DNA of 64,000 bases, taken from assembly GCA_041752695.1 (NCBI GenBank), contig JBGSVZ010000047.1:65299-129298 (forward strand), given 5' to 3'. The stretch comes from Terrimicrobiaceae bacterium. Its GTDB lineage: Bacteria > Verrucomicrobiota > Verrucomicrobiia > Chthoniobacterales > Terrimicrobiaceae. Below, piece by piece: positions 1-9,281 of this stretch. Position 1 is the first letter of the stretch. Every line of letters begins with the position of its first letter. Below the pieces are notes generated by a model. It was not told the DNA's origin, did no database searches, and saw only the letters and a list, made by a program, of their open reading frames with translations. The position numbers and the translations under genes were made by a program.

Positions 1-3000
1 AAAGGCGGCTTTACCAGCTACTCGCTGGCGGGTATCGGCGGTCGCAACCCCGACGGCACCTACATTCCCGCGGTGCGTTTGGTCGCAGGCACTGTCATCG
101 AGCCCGTGTCGGAAACCTGGGTGGTCAGCCCGTATGCATCCGGCCCCGGAGATCTTGCCCTTACCCCGTACCTCAAACCGGTGGGATTACGCCCGCCCAC
201 CAGCATCGAGCTCGTAGGTTTGGGCGGAGACGATCCTTTTGTGGGCCCGGATGGCGTGGATAATATCGACGCGCTCGGTCTCGTGGTGCTTGAGGAGGGC
301 TCGAAAATTTTGACCGATCCTGGCGCCAGCGTCACAATTGACGGAGAGTTGGTCGCGGTGCTCGGAACGATCAGCGCCCCGGGAGGTTTTATCGAAATTT
401 CCGGCGGCAGCAGCTATCCGCTGACCTCGACGCAGGAGGCCGCCGAAGTCTTCGCGCTGCCCACGGTTTACATTGGGCCAAACGCCCACATTTCCGCGGC
501 CGGGACGGTGGTCTACCTGCCTGATCCCTATGGCCGCCAATCGGGCATTGTCTATCCCGGTGGCACCATCAGCGTTTCTGGCAATATCGTCGCGGAAGCG
601 GGGGCAGTGCTCGATGTCTCGGGCGCCTCGGCGGTCCTGGACTTTCATCCCACTCGCCTGGGGACGAGCTATTACCAATCTGTTCCCCTCAACAGCGGAC
701 TCACGGCCGCACCTTGGGGACGCCTGGGCGTGCCTGTCCAGGTGGACAGCAATGGCGGCCTCATCGAACTGCACGGGTCTCAGATGTTGTATTCTGATGC
801 GACTCTGCTCGGGCGAGCGGGCGGCCCGGCGGCGAACGGTGGCATGCTCTCAATTTCGTCGGGACGGTTTTACGCGGCTGGTTCGGACCGCACCAACGCC
901 GATATCAATCTGGTGGTCGAACAAACCGGCAACGCCTTTGCTTTCGGCTCTGTTTCGACCTTTGGAAATATCGTGACGCTGATGGCGGGCGGAACGGACA
1001 TCAATGCGTTGTTTGCGGGAGGAATTGAGAACACTGGCATTGGGTATTTTGCGGCGGACACGTTTGCGGCAGGAGGATTTGACTCCCTCGACCTTGGCTT
1101 CGAATATTATCCCACCGCGAGCCCCTTGCCCTACGGCGGCAACGTGCAATTCCTGGGGCCGGTCACCATCAACGCCCGGGGATCATTGCGCGTAGCGGCT
1201 GGCGGTGTGATTCAAGCCGATTCGCCCGTTGTCCTCTCCGCGCCCTACGTGGCCATCGGCCAGGAATTTCCGGAGCCCCTCAATCCGGATGACCCCTTTG
1301 TGCCCTTCCAACAATTCGTGGCCGGCACTCCATCGCCTTATTTCCTCCCTCCCACGTCCGGCCCTGCAACTTTGACCGTCAACGCGAGTCTCATCGACAT
1401 CGGCACGGTCTCCCTCCAAGGCATCAGTTCGGCTGATCTCCTCGCCGTGGGCGGAGAAATTCGGGGCAATGGGAGCTTCAATATTGCTGGCGATCTTGTT
1501 CTCAACGCCGCACAAATTTATCCCGTCACCCTGGCCAGCTTCGGCATCTATGCGTATGACCCAAATATCCTCATTGCCTCCAGCCTTCTTAGCAGTCCGG
1601 TCGTAACGCTGGCTTCGTCCGTTCTGCCTCCGGGGTTCGGCGTGGGATCGCCGCTCCTGGGTTCCACGGTGGTTAGTATTGTGGATACGGAAGTGACATT
1701 GGCCGGGAACGCCAATGCTGCGCTGACCAATCAACTCGCCGTCTTTGATCCGGGTGGCGGATCGGTGACCGTCGTTGGCTCCGGTCAACGTCCGCTGCCT
1801 CTCTCGGCGGGAGGCTCCCTGGGGATCTATGCCTCCACCATCACGCAAGGGGGAACGCTGGTTGCTCCGCTCGGCTCAATCACGCTCGGTTGGGATGGCA
1901 CCGATTTGGATCCGACCGATGCCGATTTGGACCAACCCCTTAATCCCGTGGTCGGTGCGGCCCTGGCAATTCCCACGGCGGAGTTGGTCACGCTGTCGGC
2001 GGGCAGTGTCACTTCGGTCTCGGCGATCGACCCGATGACGGGAGAGGGGATTCTGATTCCATTTGGCCTCAGTCCCGACGGCTCGACGTGGATCGATCCC
2101 CGGGGGGTCAATGTGACTATTTCGGGCCTGCCCGAAAAGGGCGTTTCGATCGGCGGCAATTCTGTGGTGATGGAAGCGGGTTCGGTGATCGACGTCCGGG
2201 GCGGCGGCGATCTTCTGGCTTACCGGTGGGTGCCCGGAAATGGCGGCAGTGTTGATATTCTCGGTTCCGCCTCCTCGGTCTGGTCTGGGGGCTCGTCTTA
2301 CAGCTCGGGTGACCTGGTTTATTACGAGGGTCAAACGTGGTCTGCTCGCGTCGCCATTGATCCCAGCGATTTTGTGAACCCGCCCGAGCCGGAGTCCGGC
2401 ACCTATTGGGCGCTCGTTCCTCAGTCCTACGCGGTCGTTCCAGGATACGGCTCGACTTATGCGCCGATCAACTCGTTCAACACTGGGGAGAATTCCGGCG
2501 CTTTGGAAGGTGATCCAGGTTACGTCTCGGCAAATCTGGCTTTGGGTCAGCAGGTTTATCTGGAGGACAGCCCCGGCCTTCCGGCGGGATATTACACGTT
2601 GCTGCCTTCGCGTTATGCGCTCCTGCCTGGTGCGTTTCTTGTGACCCCGCAGGATAGCGGACTGGTTCCGAGCGCGGAAATTGCCGGGTTTGGCGGAAGA
2701 ACCACCGAAGAGGGCGCGACATTTGTCTTTGGCTTCAGCCAGAATGCGCTCAACCCCACCTCCGCGCCATCCGTGCCAACTCAGTTTGAAGTTTTGCCGC
2801 CCGCGGTGGTGGCGGGCCGCGCGGAATACGAACTTTACACGGCCAATTCTTTCCTCGCCGAGGCCGCCGTGCGCTTGGACGCACCGGAACTTCAGCAACT
2901 CCCGCGCGACTCGGGGAGCGTGGCTTTCTCCGGCAACTCGGCTTTGGTTTTGGAGGGCATGGTACTTACGGAAGCGGCGCAAGGCGGACGAGGGGCTTCC

Positions 3001-6000
3001 ATTGATATCGCAAGCTTTGCCGATATCTACGTGGTGGGCGGCAGCGGCGAGGCTCCGGATGGAGCCACTGTGGTGCTGAACTCGGCATTGATCAGCTCCT
3101 GGGGCGCGGAAAGCCTGCTGATCGGCGGCCTGCGCTATGAAACAACGGACGGCGTGCAGGTGGATGTGCGTACCGACAATCTCGTAGTGGACAACCGGGG
3201 CAGTTCGCTGATGGGCTCCGACATTATTTTGGTTTCGAATGAGGCCCTCACCGTAACGGAAGGTTCGTCCATTGTCTCCACCCGGGCCGGAACGCAGCCT
3301 GTTGAAACCTTGCTGCTCGATGGGAATGGCGCCCTGTTGCGGGTGAGCGCCAATCCCGATACGGCAATTCTGCGCAGCGACGTGACCGTCGGCCCCGGAC
3401 CTATTCTGACCATCGGAGCGGGCGCGGAGATCTCCGGCATTTCTGTCATTCTTGATTCCACCTATGCGACGGATATCGACCCGGAGGCTAATATCGATGC
3501 CATCGCCCTGCAACTGGGCAGCGGCCAGATCAGCATCATCCTGAGCGAGCCGGCCGGTGGACTCACTGGGTCGATAATCGATCCGCATCTTGTCCTGACC
3601 GGCGACCTTCTGGCCGACGCGCAAGACTCTCGATTCCTGACTCTACTGAGTTACACCAGCATCGATGTGTACGGTGCCGGCGCTTTTGGTGGCACGGGCT
3701 TGCGGGAACTGGAACTCATCTCCGGGGGGATTCGGGGTTACGAGCAGGGAACCGGCAGCGCAATCTTCACGGCCGGCACTGTGCGCTTCGATAATCCCGT
3801 CGATATCGCCGGGTTGCCTGCTCCCCAGGGCCCTCTTTCCGGCACGCTTCAGTTTGACGCTTCGACCATCCGTTTTGGGTCCAACGATTTCACTGTGGCG
3901 GGGTATCAAAGCCTGATTATGAATGCGCCGGGGGGCGTGTTGAGCGAGGGCATTGGAACATTTGCCACTGCGGGAGACCTGGCAATCTACACGCCGTTGA
4001 TCACCGGGGTGGAAGGAAGCAGTCAATCGATCACAGCGGGCGGGAACCTGCTCCTAGAGACCCTGGAAGGGGAGTCCAAACTTAAACCGGGATTGGGCGC
4101 AGCCCTGACCTTCACCGGTGCCGAGATCGTGGCAAACACCACGATTCTCTTGCCTAGCGGTCTGCTTAAACTCAACGCCCTGACAGGAGATCTTACGGTC
4201 GGCGGTGAGTTGAACGTCGAGGGTAGCGCCCAGGACTTTTATGATGTGACCCGCTACGCCAATGCCGGTGGGATTGAACTCTCGTCCACTCTGGGGGACG
4301 TCACTTTGTTGGAAGGCAGTGTGATCTCCGTCGCAGCTCACCCGGACGGCGGGGATGCCGGGGCCTTGATGATTCGCGCTCCCGGCGGGGCTTTTGTTTC
4401 CCTGGGAAGTCTTTCGGGCAGTGCCGGGGAGGGAGGTCTGTCTGGCAGGTTCCTCCTGGATGCCGGGGTTATAGCTGCCTTTGATGACCTCAATATCGAA
4501 CTCGACGAAGCCGGATTTTTTGAAGAACGCGCATTCCGTGCCCGCACTGGTGACATCACGGTCGCGGGCGAGATCCACGCCCGGAATTTTTCGCTGGCGA
4601 CGGACGCCGGCAGCATTCTGGTCACCGGTCTGATCGACGCCTCCGGCGTGACGGGCGGCAGTATTTCGTTGGTCGCCCAGGGCAGCCTCACTCTGGCTCC
4701 GACCGCGATCCTGACCGTCGCCGCCGAAGAATTCAGCAATGCCGGAAAGGGAGGGCAGATCACGCTTGAAGCTGGCGCCCCGGTCAACGGTGTCACGAAC
4801 CCGCTCGCCCTGCTAGATCTTCAGGCCGGATCGCTGATCGACCTCACCGTCGCGGACTATGTCGCAGGAGAGTACACCACCCCGGGATCGAGCGCGTTTT
4901 ACGGTCAGTTTACCGGCGAACTGCATCTACGCGCGCCTCGCACGGCTGACGGCACGGGCGTGTTTGTGAATCCGATTGCATCCACGGTGAATGGTGCATC
5001 GAGCATTCTGGTTGAAGCGGTCAAAGTTTACGATGTCTCCGCCACCAGCGGATCCCTCACCTCGGTGGATGCGTTCCCCGGTGCGATCACGGTGGCCACG
5101 GTGGCCGATTCGAGTGCGGTCTCCTTCACGGCAGGGACCACGGGTGCACAGCGGGTTCGCTTGTCGGTTGCGGGTTCAGCTTATGTTCCGGCCGGACCGG
5201 CCAGTTTTGCCCTGCTCAACACGCAATCCATTACCTTCCCCGCGGGCACCAACGACGTGACGACCGTACAGACTACTGTGGCGGCGACCATCACGCTGCC
5301 CGATAACTCCACCATTCCTCTCGCCGCTAATACTCCGGTAACTCTTGCTCCGGGCTCGAAGATTACTCTGGGCTCATCGGGCTCCGTGCAGTTGATAGGC
5401 GGGACAGAGCAGGCGGTGATCGCTATTCCCGCCCTCGCCAACGTCCAGGTCCCGGCCGGCTCGCTCGTCAGCCTCAACGGGGCGGGAACCATCACGCGCA
5501 CAGGCGGCGGAACGTTGGTGGCTTCCATGGGAGTGCGTGAAGGGATCCACGCTGACAACCTCGCGTTCCTCGGACAGGGCGGCCAGGCAGCCACGCCAGC
5601 ATACGCAGCGATGCAGGCTTCTCTCCTGAGTGCGCAACCAGGCCTCGAATCGGTGCTGGTCATCGCCCCCGGGGTGGAAATCATCAACCCGACGGGCGAC
5701 CTGATTTTGGGGCTGCCCAATCAGACCGGCTCGACCAATTCCGGTGCTCTGGCGGCGGCGGATTGGGATTTGTCAGGTTGGCGTTACGGTCCCGACGCCG
5801 CTCCCGGCGTGCTGACCCTGCGTGCCCAAGGCGATCTGGTTTTTAACAATACACTGAGCGACGGATTCACCCCGATTGCACAAGGCACGGCCCAGAATTT
5901 TGCCGACATCGGTCATTCGCAAATGTGGCTGGCTCCCTTGATGTCCATCAACGAGGCGCTTCCTGTTAATTCCCAGTCCTGGAGTTACCGTCTTACGGCC

Positions 6001-9000
6001 GGTTCCGATTTTTCCGCAGCAGGCTATCAGGAGGTGCTCACGCCCGAGGAGTTGGCGCTTCTTCAACCGGGCAAGGGTTCCGTTTTGGTTGGCGAGTTTT
6101 TCTCCTCGCCGGTTCCCAATCCTTTGACTTCCGGGGGCTCCGCCGCCGTTGGCAGCGGCGGCCAGACCGCGGACACCATTCGAATCTCCACGACCACCAC
6201 AAATCAAGGCACGCGCTACGAGGTCATTCGGACCGGCACGGGTGACATCGATGTGAGCGCAGGCCTGGACGTGCAACTGCGAAATCCTTTCGCCACGATT
6301 TATACGGCTGGTGTCGGACTACCTGACCGCACGACCATCTTTCAGACCGGAGATTTCTTCGTGCCGATCACCGTGCGGACAACCACGCAACACCCGAGCC
6401 AGGGTAATCTGGGTGCCATCCAACAGAATTATGGAGCCTATTACGCGATGGCCGGCGGCGATCTTGCGGTCTCCGCTCAAAACGACATCGGCCGGTTCAC
6501 CTTCTACCAAGGACAAATCATCCCCGACGCCAGTAATCAGATTCCGACCAACTGGCTTTATCGCCGCGGTCTCGTTGATTCTGCGACCGGGCAGTTTGAC
6601 GATATCGTCATTCCCGGGGCTTCCCTCGGCTCCATTACCGACCCGTCGGCTTCGACCACCTGGTGGATCGACTATAGTAATTTCTTCCAAGGTTTCGGAG
6701 CGCTTGGTGGTGGCGACATCGCTCTCGAGGCTGGTAATGACATTGTCAATGCCGACGCGGTGATTCCGACGAACGCGAGAATGGCGGGCATCGATCCCCT
6801 GACCGGCCAGAACCTGGCACCATCCGTGGACAACCTTCAGGAACTGGGAGGAGGCGATCTGCTGGTGCGGGCCGGAGGCAACATCGATGGCGGAAACTTT
6901 TATGTGGAACGCGGATCCGGCCGTCTCGATGCCGGAGCGGAGATCACCACAAACGCCGCCCAATCCCCATCGCGCGGCATTCTCTCCACTGGCGGAAACC
7001 CCGAGCTGATCCTTGACCCCCTCACCTGGCAGGCCGTCACGCTCTATGGGGGACGTGCGAATTTCGACGTGACCGCTCGGGGCAACATTTTGCTCGGCCC
7101 GGCCACGAGCGCCTTTTTCCTGCCGCAGGGCCTCAACAATAAGTTTTGGTACAAGTCCCAGTTCCAGACGACCGGGGAGGAGTCCGGGGTGGAAGTCACC
7201 TCCCTCGGAGGCAGTGTGACCCACCGACTTGGCCTCACTCTACCCGGACAGAATCTGGTGCTTCCGACCCTCGCTGTGGCCTACCAACAAGCCGCTCCCT
7301 TGAATATTGGTGGCTCAGGGTACTATCAGCCATGGACGCGCTTGTCGGAAACTCAGATCCAAAATTTCAACACCATGGCTACGGTTTCCCTGCCGGTCCT
7401 GCAAAGCACCGCGTTCGGGGGCTCCATCAATATTGTGGGAACTCTCAATCTCTTTCCTTCACCGGTGGGAGGGTTGGAACTCGTGGCTTCTGAGGGGATT
7501 GTCGGCCTTAACCCTACAGGGGTCACACAGACGACGGTAAATGGTTCCGTCGTCGCCGTCACCGCGTGGGCCACGGCCAGCATCAATCTCTCCGATGCCG
7601 ATCCGGATAGAATCCCCTCCGTTGGCACGCCTTTGGGCTTCCAGCAGGTCATTGGCACGGGCGACATATCCACCGTCCGGGACAGCCCGATTGATCCCCT
7701 GGGCTCTGTCTCGCCGTTGTTCCAGGAAACCGGGGCGTATACCGGCATCGCCGGCACGATTGACGTGCAGACCGCGCTCCACGCCTCGACGCCCCTGCAC
7801 GCCAACGATCCCAACCCCCTGCGGCTCTATGCGGCGGGCGGAGACATCACCGGGGTGACATTGTATTCACCCAAACAGTCCCTGATTTATGCGGAGGAGG
7901 ACATTACGGATATCGCCTTCTACCTCCAAAACACGGGTGACGGCGATGTCTCCATCGTCTCCGCAGGAAGGGACGTTATCCCCTACAACGAAAACTCTCC
8001 GCTCCGGGCGACGGCGGGCGACATTAGCCAGTTTAACCTCATCGTGGATCCGTTTAAGGATACCGTGGTGCGGGACGCGAACAATCAACCGGTCCAGACT
8101 CAGGCTCTGGCGGGCGATATTCAGATTGGCGGACCCGGAACCTTGGAGGTCCTCGCGGGCCGCAATGTGGATCTGGGTGGCGGGGCGAATTTCACCGATG
8201 GCACCAGTGTGGGCATCACGAGCATCGGGCGGTCGCGCAACCCTTTCCTGCCCTTCGCTGGGGCTGATCTCGTGGTTGTTGCCGGTGTGGGTGGCCCGGA
8301 TGGAGGTCCAGCCCTTGGACTGGCGGGAAGCTCCCTGGACTTCACACAATTTATCGAAACCTATGTCGCCGAGGGAGGTCAGCTGCCCGGGGAAGTGGAT
8401 TTCGAGACTCTCACCCCCGAGCAGCAGGCGCTCGTCGCACTGGATGTGCTTTTCGGCATCCTGCAAGATGCGGCCACAAGCCAGGAATACGAAGAAGCCC
8501 TGGCGGCCGTGGGCATTCTGGCGAACGCCACCTATGAGGGCGAGATCCTCACCCAGGCTCGCGATATTCGCACAGTCAGTGGGGGATCGATTACGATGTT
8601 GGCTCCGGGCGGCGGCTTGACCTTGGCTGAGGATATCTTCGGCAATCCCCAAACTCCTCCAGGTATTGTGACGGAATTCGGCGGCGAGGTTAACATCCTG
8701 GTGGATGGGGATGTGGACATCGGCCAGGCCCGAATCTTTACTCTGCGCGGCGGCGATTTGACCATCTGGTCCACCACGGGAGGCATTGCAGCCGGGAGCG
8801 CGCCGAAGACTGTGGTGACCGCTCCTCCGACTCGCGTGATTATTGATGCGACAAGCGCTGACGTTGAAACTGACCTCGGCGGTCTCGCCACGGGCGGCGG
8901 CATTGGCGTGCTGGCAGCGGTGGACAGTGTTGAGCCGGGCAGTGTGTTCCTCATCGCTCCAGAAGGAACAGTGGACGCCGGAGACGCGGGCATTCGTGCG

Positions 9001-9270
9001 ACAGGTGATATCGCGATTGGAGCGGTGGAGGTGCTGAATGCCGACAATATTTCCGCCCCAGGAAACACCACTGGCGTTCCCACGGCGCCCCCCACAGCCG
9101 TCCCCAATATTGCCGGGCTGAGTGCGGCTTCCAGCTCAACCGGGGCTGCCTCGAGCGTTGCCGCCGATGTTGCCAGTCAGGCCCAGCCCACGCCCGAGCC
9201 AGAGGAAGCTCTGTCCATTATTGTGGTTGAGGTCCTGGGCTACGGCGGGGGCGACGAGGAGGAACAATAA
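1..9270 (+). CDS. Giant filamentous haemagglutinin-family exoprotein (TpsA-like) with C-terminal DUF3739-type domain; 5' end lies outside the window
   Basis: Frame +1 is open from base 1 to TAA at 9268-9270 (>3000 aa). Gly/Ala/Thr/Ser-rich beta-helix-like repeats (GGxIxL, xIDVSG). C-terminus RIFTLRGGDLTIWS..GGIAAG..KT..GGGIGVL..LIAPEGTVDAGDAGIR..LNADNI..VEVLGYG matches my recollection of DUF3739. Confidence 0.85.
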   Translation, partial: KGGFTSYSLAGIGGRNPDGTYIPAVRLVAGTVIEPVSETWVVSPYASGPGDLALTPYLKPVGLRPPTSIELVGLGGDDPFVGPDGVDNIDALGLVVLEEGSKILTDPGASVTIDGELVAVLGTISAPGGFIEISGGSSYPLTSTQEAAEVFALPTVYIGPNAHISAAGTVVYLPDPYGRQSGIVYPGGTISVSGNIVAEAGAVLDVSGASAVLDFHPTRLGTSYYQSVPLNSGLTAAPWGRLGVPVQVDSNGGLIELHGSQMLYSDATLLGRAGGPAANGGMLSISSGRFYAAGSDRTNADINLVVEQTGNAFAFGSVSTFGNIVTLMAGGTDINALFAGGIENTGIGYFAADTFAAGGFDSLDLGFEYYPTASPLPYGGNVQFLGPVTINARGSLRVAAGGVIQADSPVVLSAPYVAIGQEFPEPLNPDDPFVPFQQFVAGTPSPYFLPPTSGPATLTVNASLIDIGTVSLQGISSADLLAVGGEIRGNGSFNIAGDLVLNAAQIYPVTLASFGIYAYDPNILIASSLLSSPVVTLASSVLPPGFGVGSPLLGSTVVSIVDTEVTLAGNANAALTNQLAVFDPGGGSVTVVGSGQRPLPLSAGGSLGIYASTITQGGTLVAPLGSITLGWDGTDLDPTDADLDQPLNPVVGAALAIPTAELVTLSAGSVTSVSAIDPMTGEGILIPFGLSPDGSTWIDPRGVNVTISGLPEKGVSIGGNSVVMEAGSVIDVRGGGDLLAYRWVPGNGGSVDILGSASSVWSGGSSYSSGDLVYYEGQTWSARVAIDPSDFVNPPEPESGTYWALVPQSYAVVPGYGSTYAPINSFNTGENSGALEGDPGYVSANLALGQQVYLEDSPGLPAGYYTLLPSRYALLPGAFLVTPQDSGLVPSAEIAGFGGRTTEEGATFVFGFSQNALNPTSAPSVPTQFEVLPPAVVAGRAEYELYTANSFLAEAAVRLDAPELQQLPRDSGSVAFSGNSALVLEGMVLTEAAQGGRGASIDIASFADIYVVGGSGEAPDGATVVLNSALISSWGAESLLIGGLRYETTDGVQVDVRTDNLVVDNRGSSLMGSDIILVSNEALTVTEGSSIVSTRAGTQPVETLLLDGNGALLRVSANPDTAILRSDVTVGPGPILTIGAGAEISGISVILDSTYATDIDPEANIDAIALQLGSGQISIILSEPAGGLTGSIIDPHLVLTGDLLADAQDSRFLTLLSYTSIDVYGAGAFGGTGLRELELISGGIRGYEQGTGSAIFTAGTVRFDNPVDIAGLPAPQGPLSGTLQFDASTIRFGSNDFTVAGYQSLIMNAPGGVLSEGIGTFATAGDLAIYTPLITGVEGSSQSITAGGNLLLETLEGESKLKPGLGAALTFTGAEIVANTTILLPSGLLKLNALTGDLTVGGELNVEGSAQDFYDVTRYANAGGIELSSTLGDVTLLEGSVISVAAHPDGGDAGALMIRAPGGAFVSLGSLSGSAGEGGLSGRFLLDAGVIAAFDDLNIELDEAGFFEERAFRARTGDITVAGEIHARNFSLATDAGSILVTGLIDASGVTGGSISLVAQGSLTLAPTAILTVAAEEFSNAGKGGQITLEAGAPVNGVTNPLALLDLQAGSLIDLTVADYVAGEYTTPGSSAFYGQFTGELHLRAPRTADGTGVFVNPIASTVNGASSILVEAVKVYDVSATSGSLTSVDAFPGAITVATVADSSAVSFTAGTTGAQRVRLSVAGSAYVPAGPASFALLNTQSITFPAGTNDVTTVQTTVAATITLPDNSTIPLAANTPVTLAPGSKITLGSSGSVQLIGGTEQAVIAIPALANVQVPAGSLVSLNGAGTITRTGGGTLVASMGVREGIHADNLAFLGQGGQAATPAYAAMQASLLSAQPGLESVLVIAPGVEIINPTGDLILGLPNQTGSTNSGALAAADWDLSGWRYGPDAAPGVLTLRAQGDLVFNNTLSDGFTPIAQGTAQNFADIGHSQMWLAPLMSINEALPVNSQSWSYRLTAGSDFSAAGYQEVLTPEELALLQPGKGSVLVGEFFSSPVPNPLTSGGSAAVGSGGQTADTIRISTTTTNQGTRYEVIRTGTGDIDVSAGLDVQLRNPFATIYTAGVGLPDRTTIFQTGDFFVPITVRTTTQHPSQGNLGAIQQNYGAYYAMAGGDLAVSAQNDIGRFTFYQGQIIPDASNQIPTNWLYRRGLVDSATGQFDDIVIPGASLGSITDPSASTTWWIDYSNFFQGFGALGGGDIALEAGNDIVNADAVIPTNARMAGIDPLTGQNLAPSVDNLQELGGGDLLVRAGGNIDGGNFYVERGSGRLDAGAEITTNAAQSPSRGILSTGGNPELILDPLTWQAVTLYGGRANFDVTARGNILLGPATSAFFLPQGLNNKFWYKSQFQTTGEESGVEVTSLGGSVTHRLGLTLPGQNLVLPTLAVAYQQAAPLNIGGSGYYQPWTRLSETQIQNFNTMATVSLPVLQSTAFGGSINIVGTLNLFPSPVGGLELVASEGIVGLNPTGVTQTTVNGSVVAVTAWATASINLSDADPDRIPSVGTPLGFQQVIGTGDISTVRDSPIDPLGSVSPLFQETGAYTGIAGTIDVQTALHASTPLHANDPNPLRLYAAGGDITGVTLYSPKQSLIYAEEDITDIAFYLQNTGDGDVSIVSAGRDVIPYNENSPLRATAGDISQFNLIVDPFKDTVVRDANNQPVQTQALAGDIQIGGPGTLEVLAGRNVDLGGGANFTDGTSVGITSIGRSRNPFLPFAGADLVVVAGVGGPDGGPALGLAGSSLDFTQFIETYVAEGGQLPGEVDFETLTPEQQALVALDVLFGILQDAATSQEYEEALAAVGILANATYEGEILTQARDIRTVSGGSITMLAPGGGLTLAEDIFGNPQTPPGIVTEFGGEVNILVDGDVDIGQARIFTLRGGDLTIWSTTGGIAAGSAPKTVVTAPPTRVIIDATSADVETDLGGLATGGGIGVLAAVDSVEPGSVFLIAPEGTVDAGDAGIRATGDIAIGAVEVLNADNISAPGNTTGVPTAPPTAVPNIAGLSAASSSTGAASSVAADVASQAQPTPEPEEALSIIVVEVLGYGGGDEEEQ

Positions 9271-9281
9271 GCAAGTCCCCC

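Noticed and set aside
1876..3624. 582-aa minus-strand ORF and many other antisense ORFs within the giant exoprotein gene
   Set aside because: Shadow ORFs produced by high-GC codon bias; no recognisable motifs.
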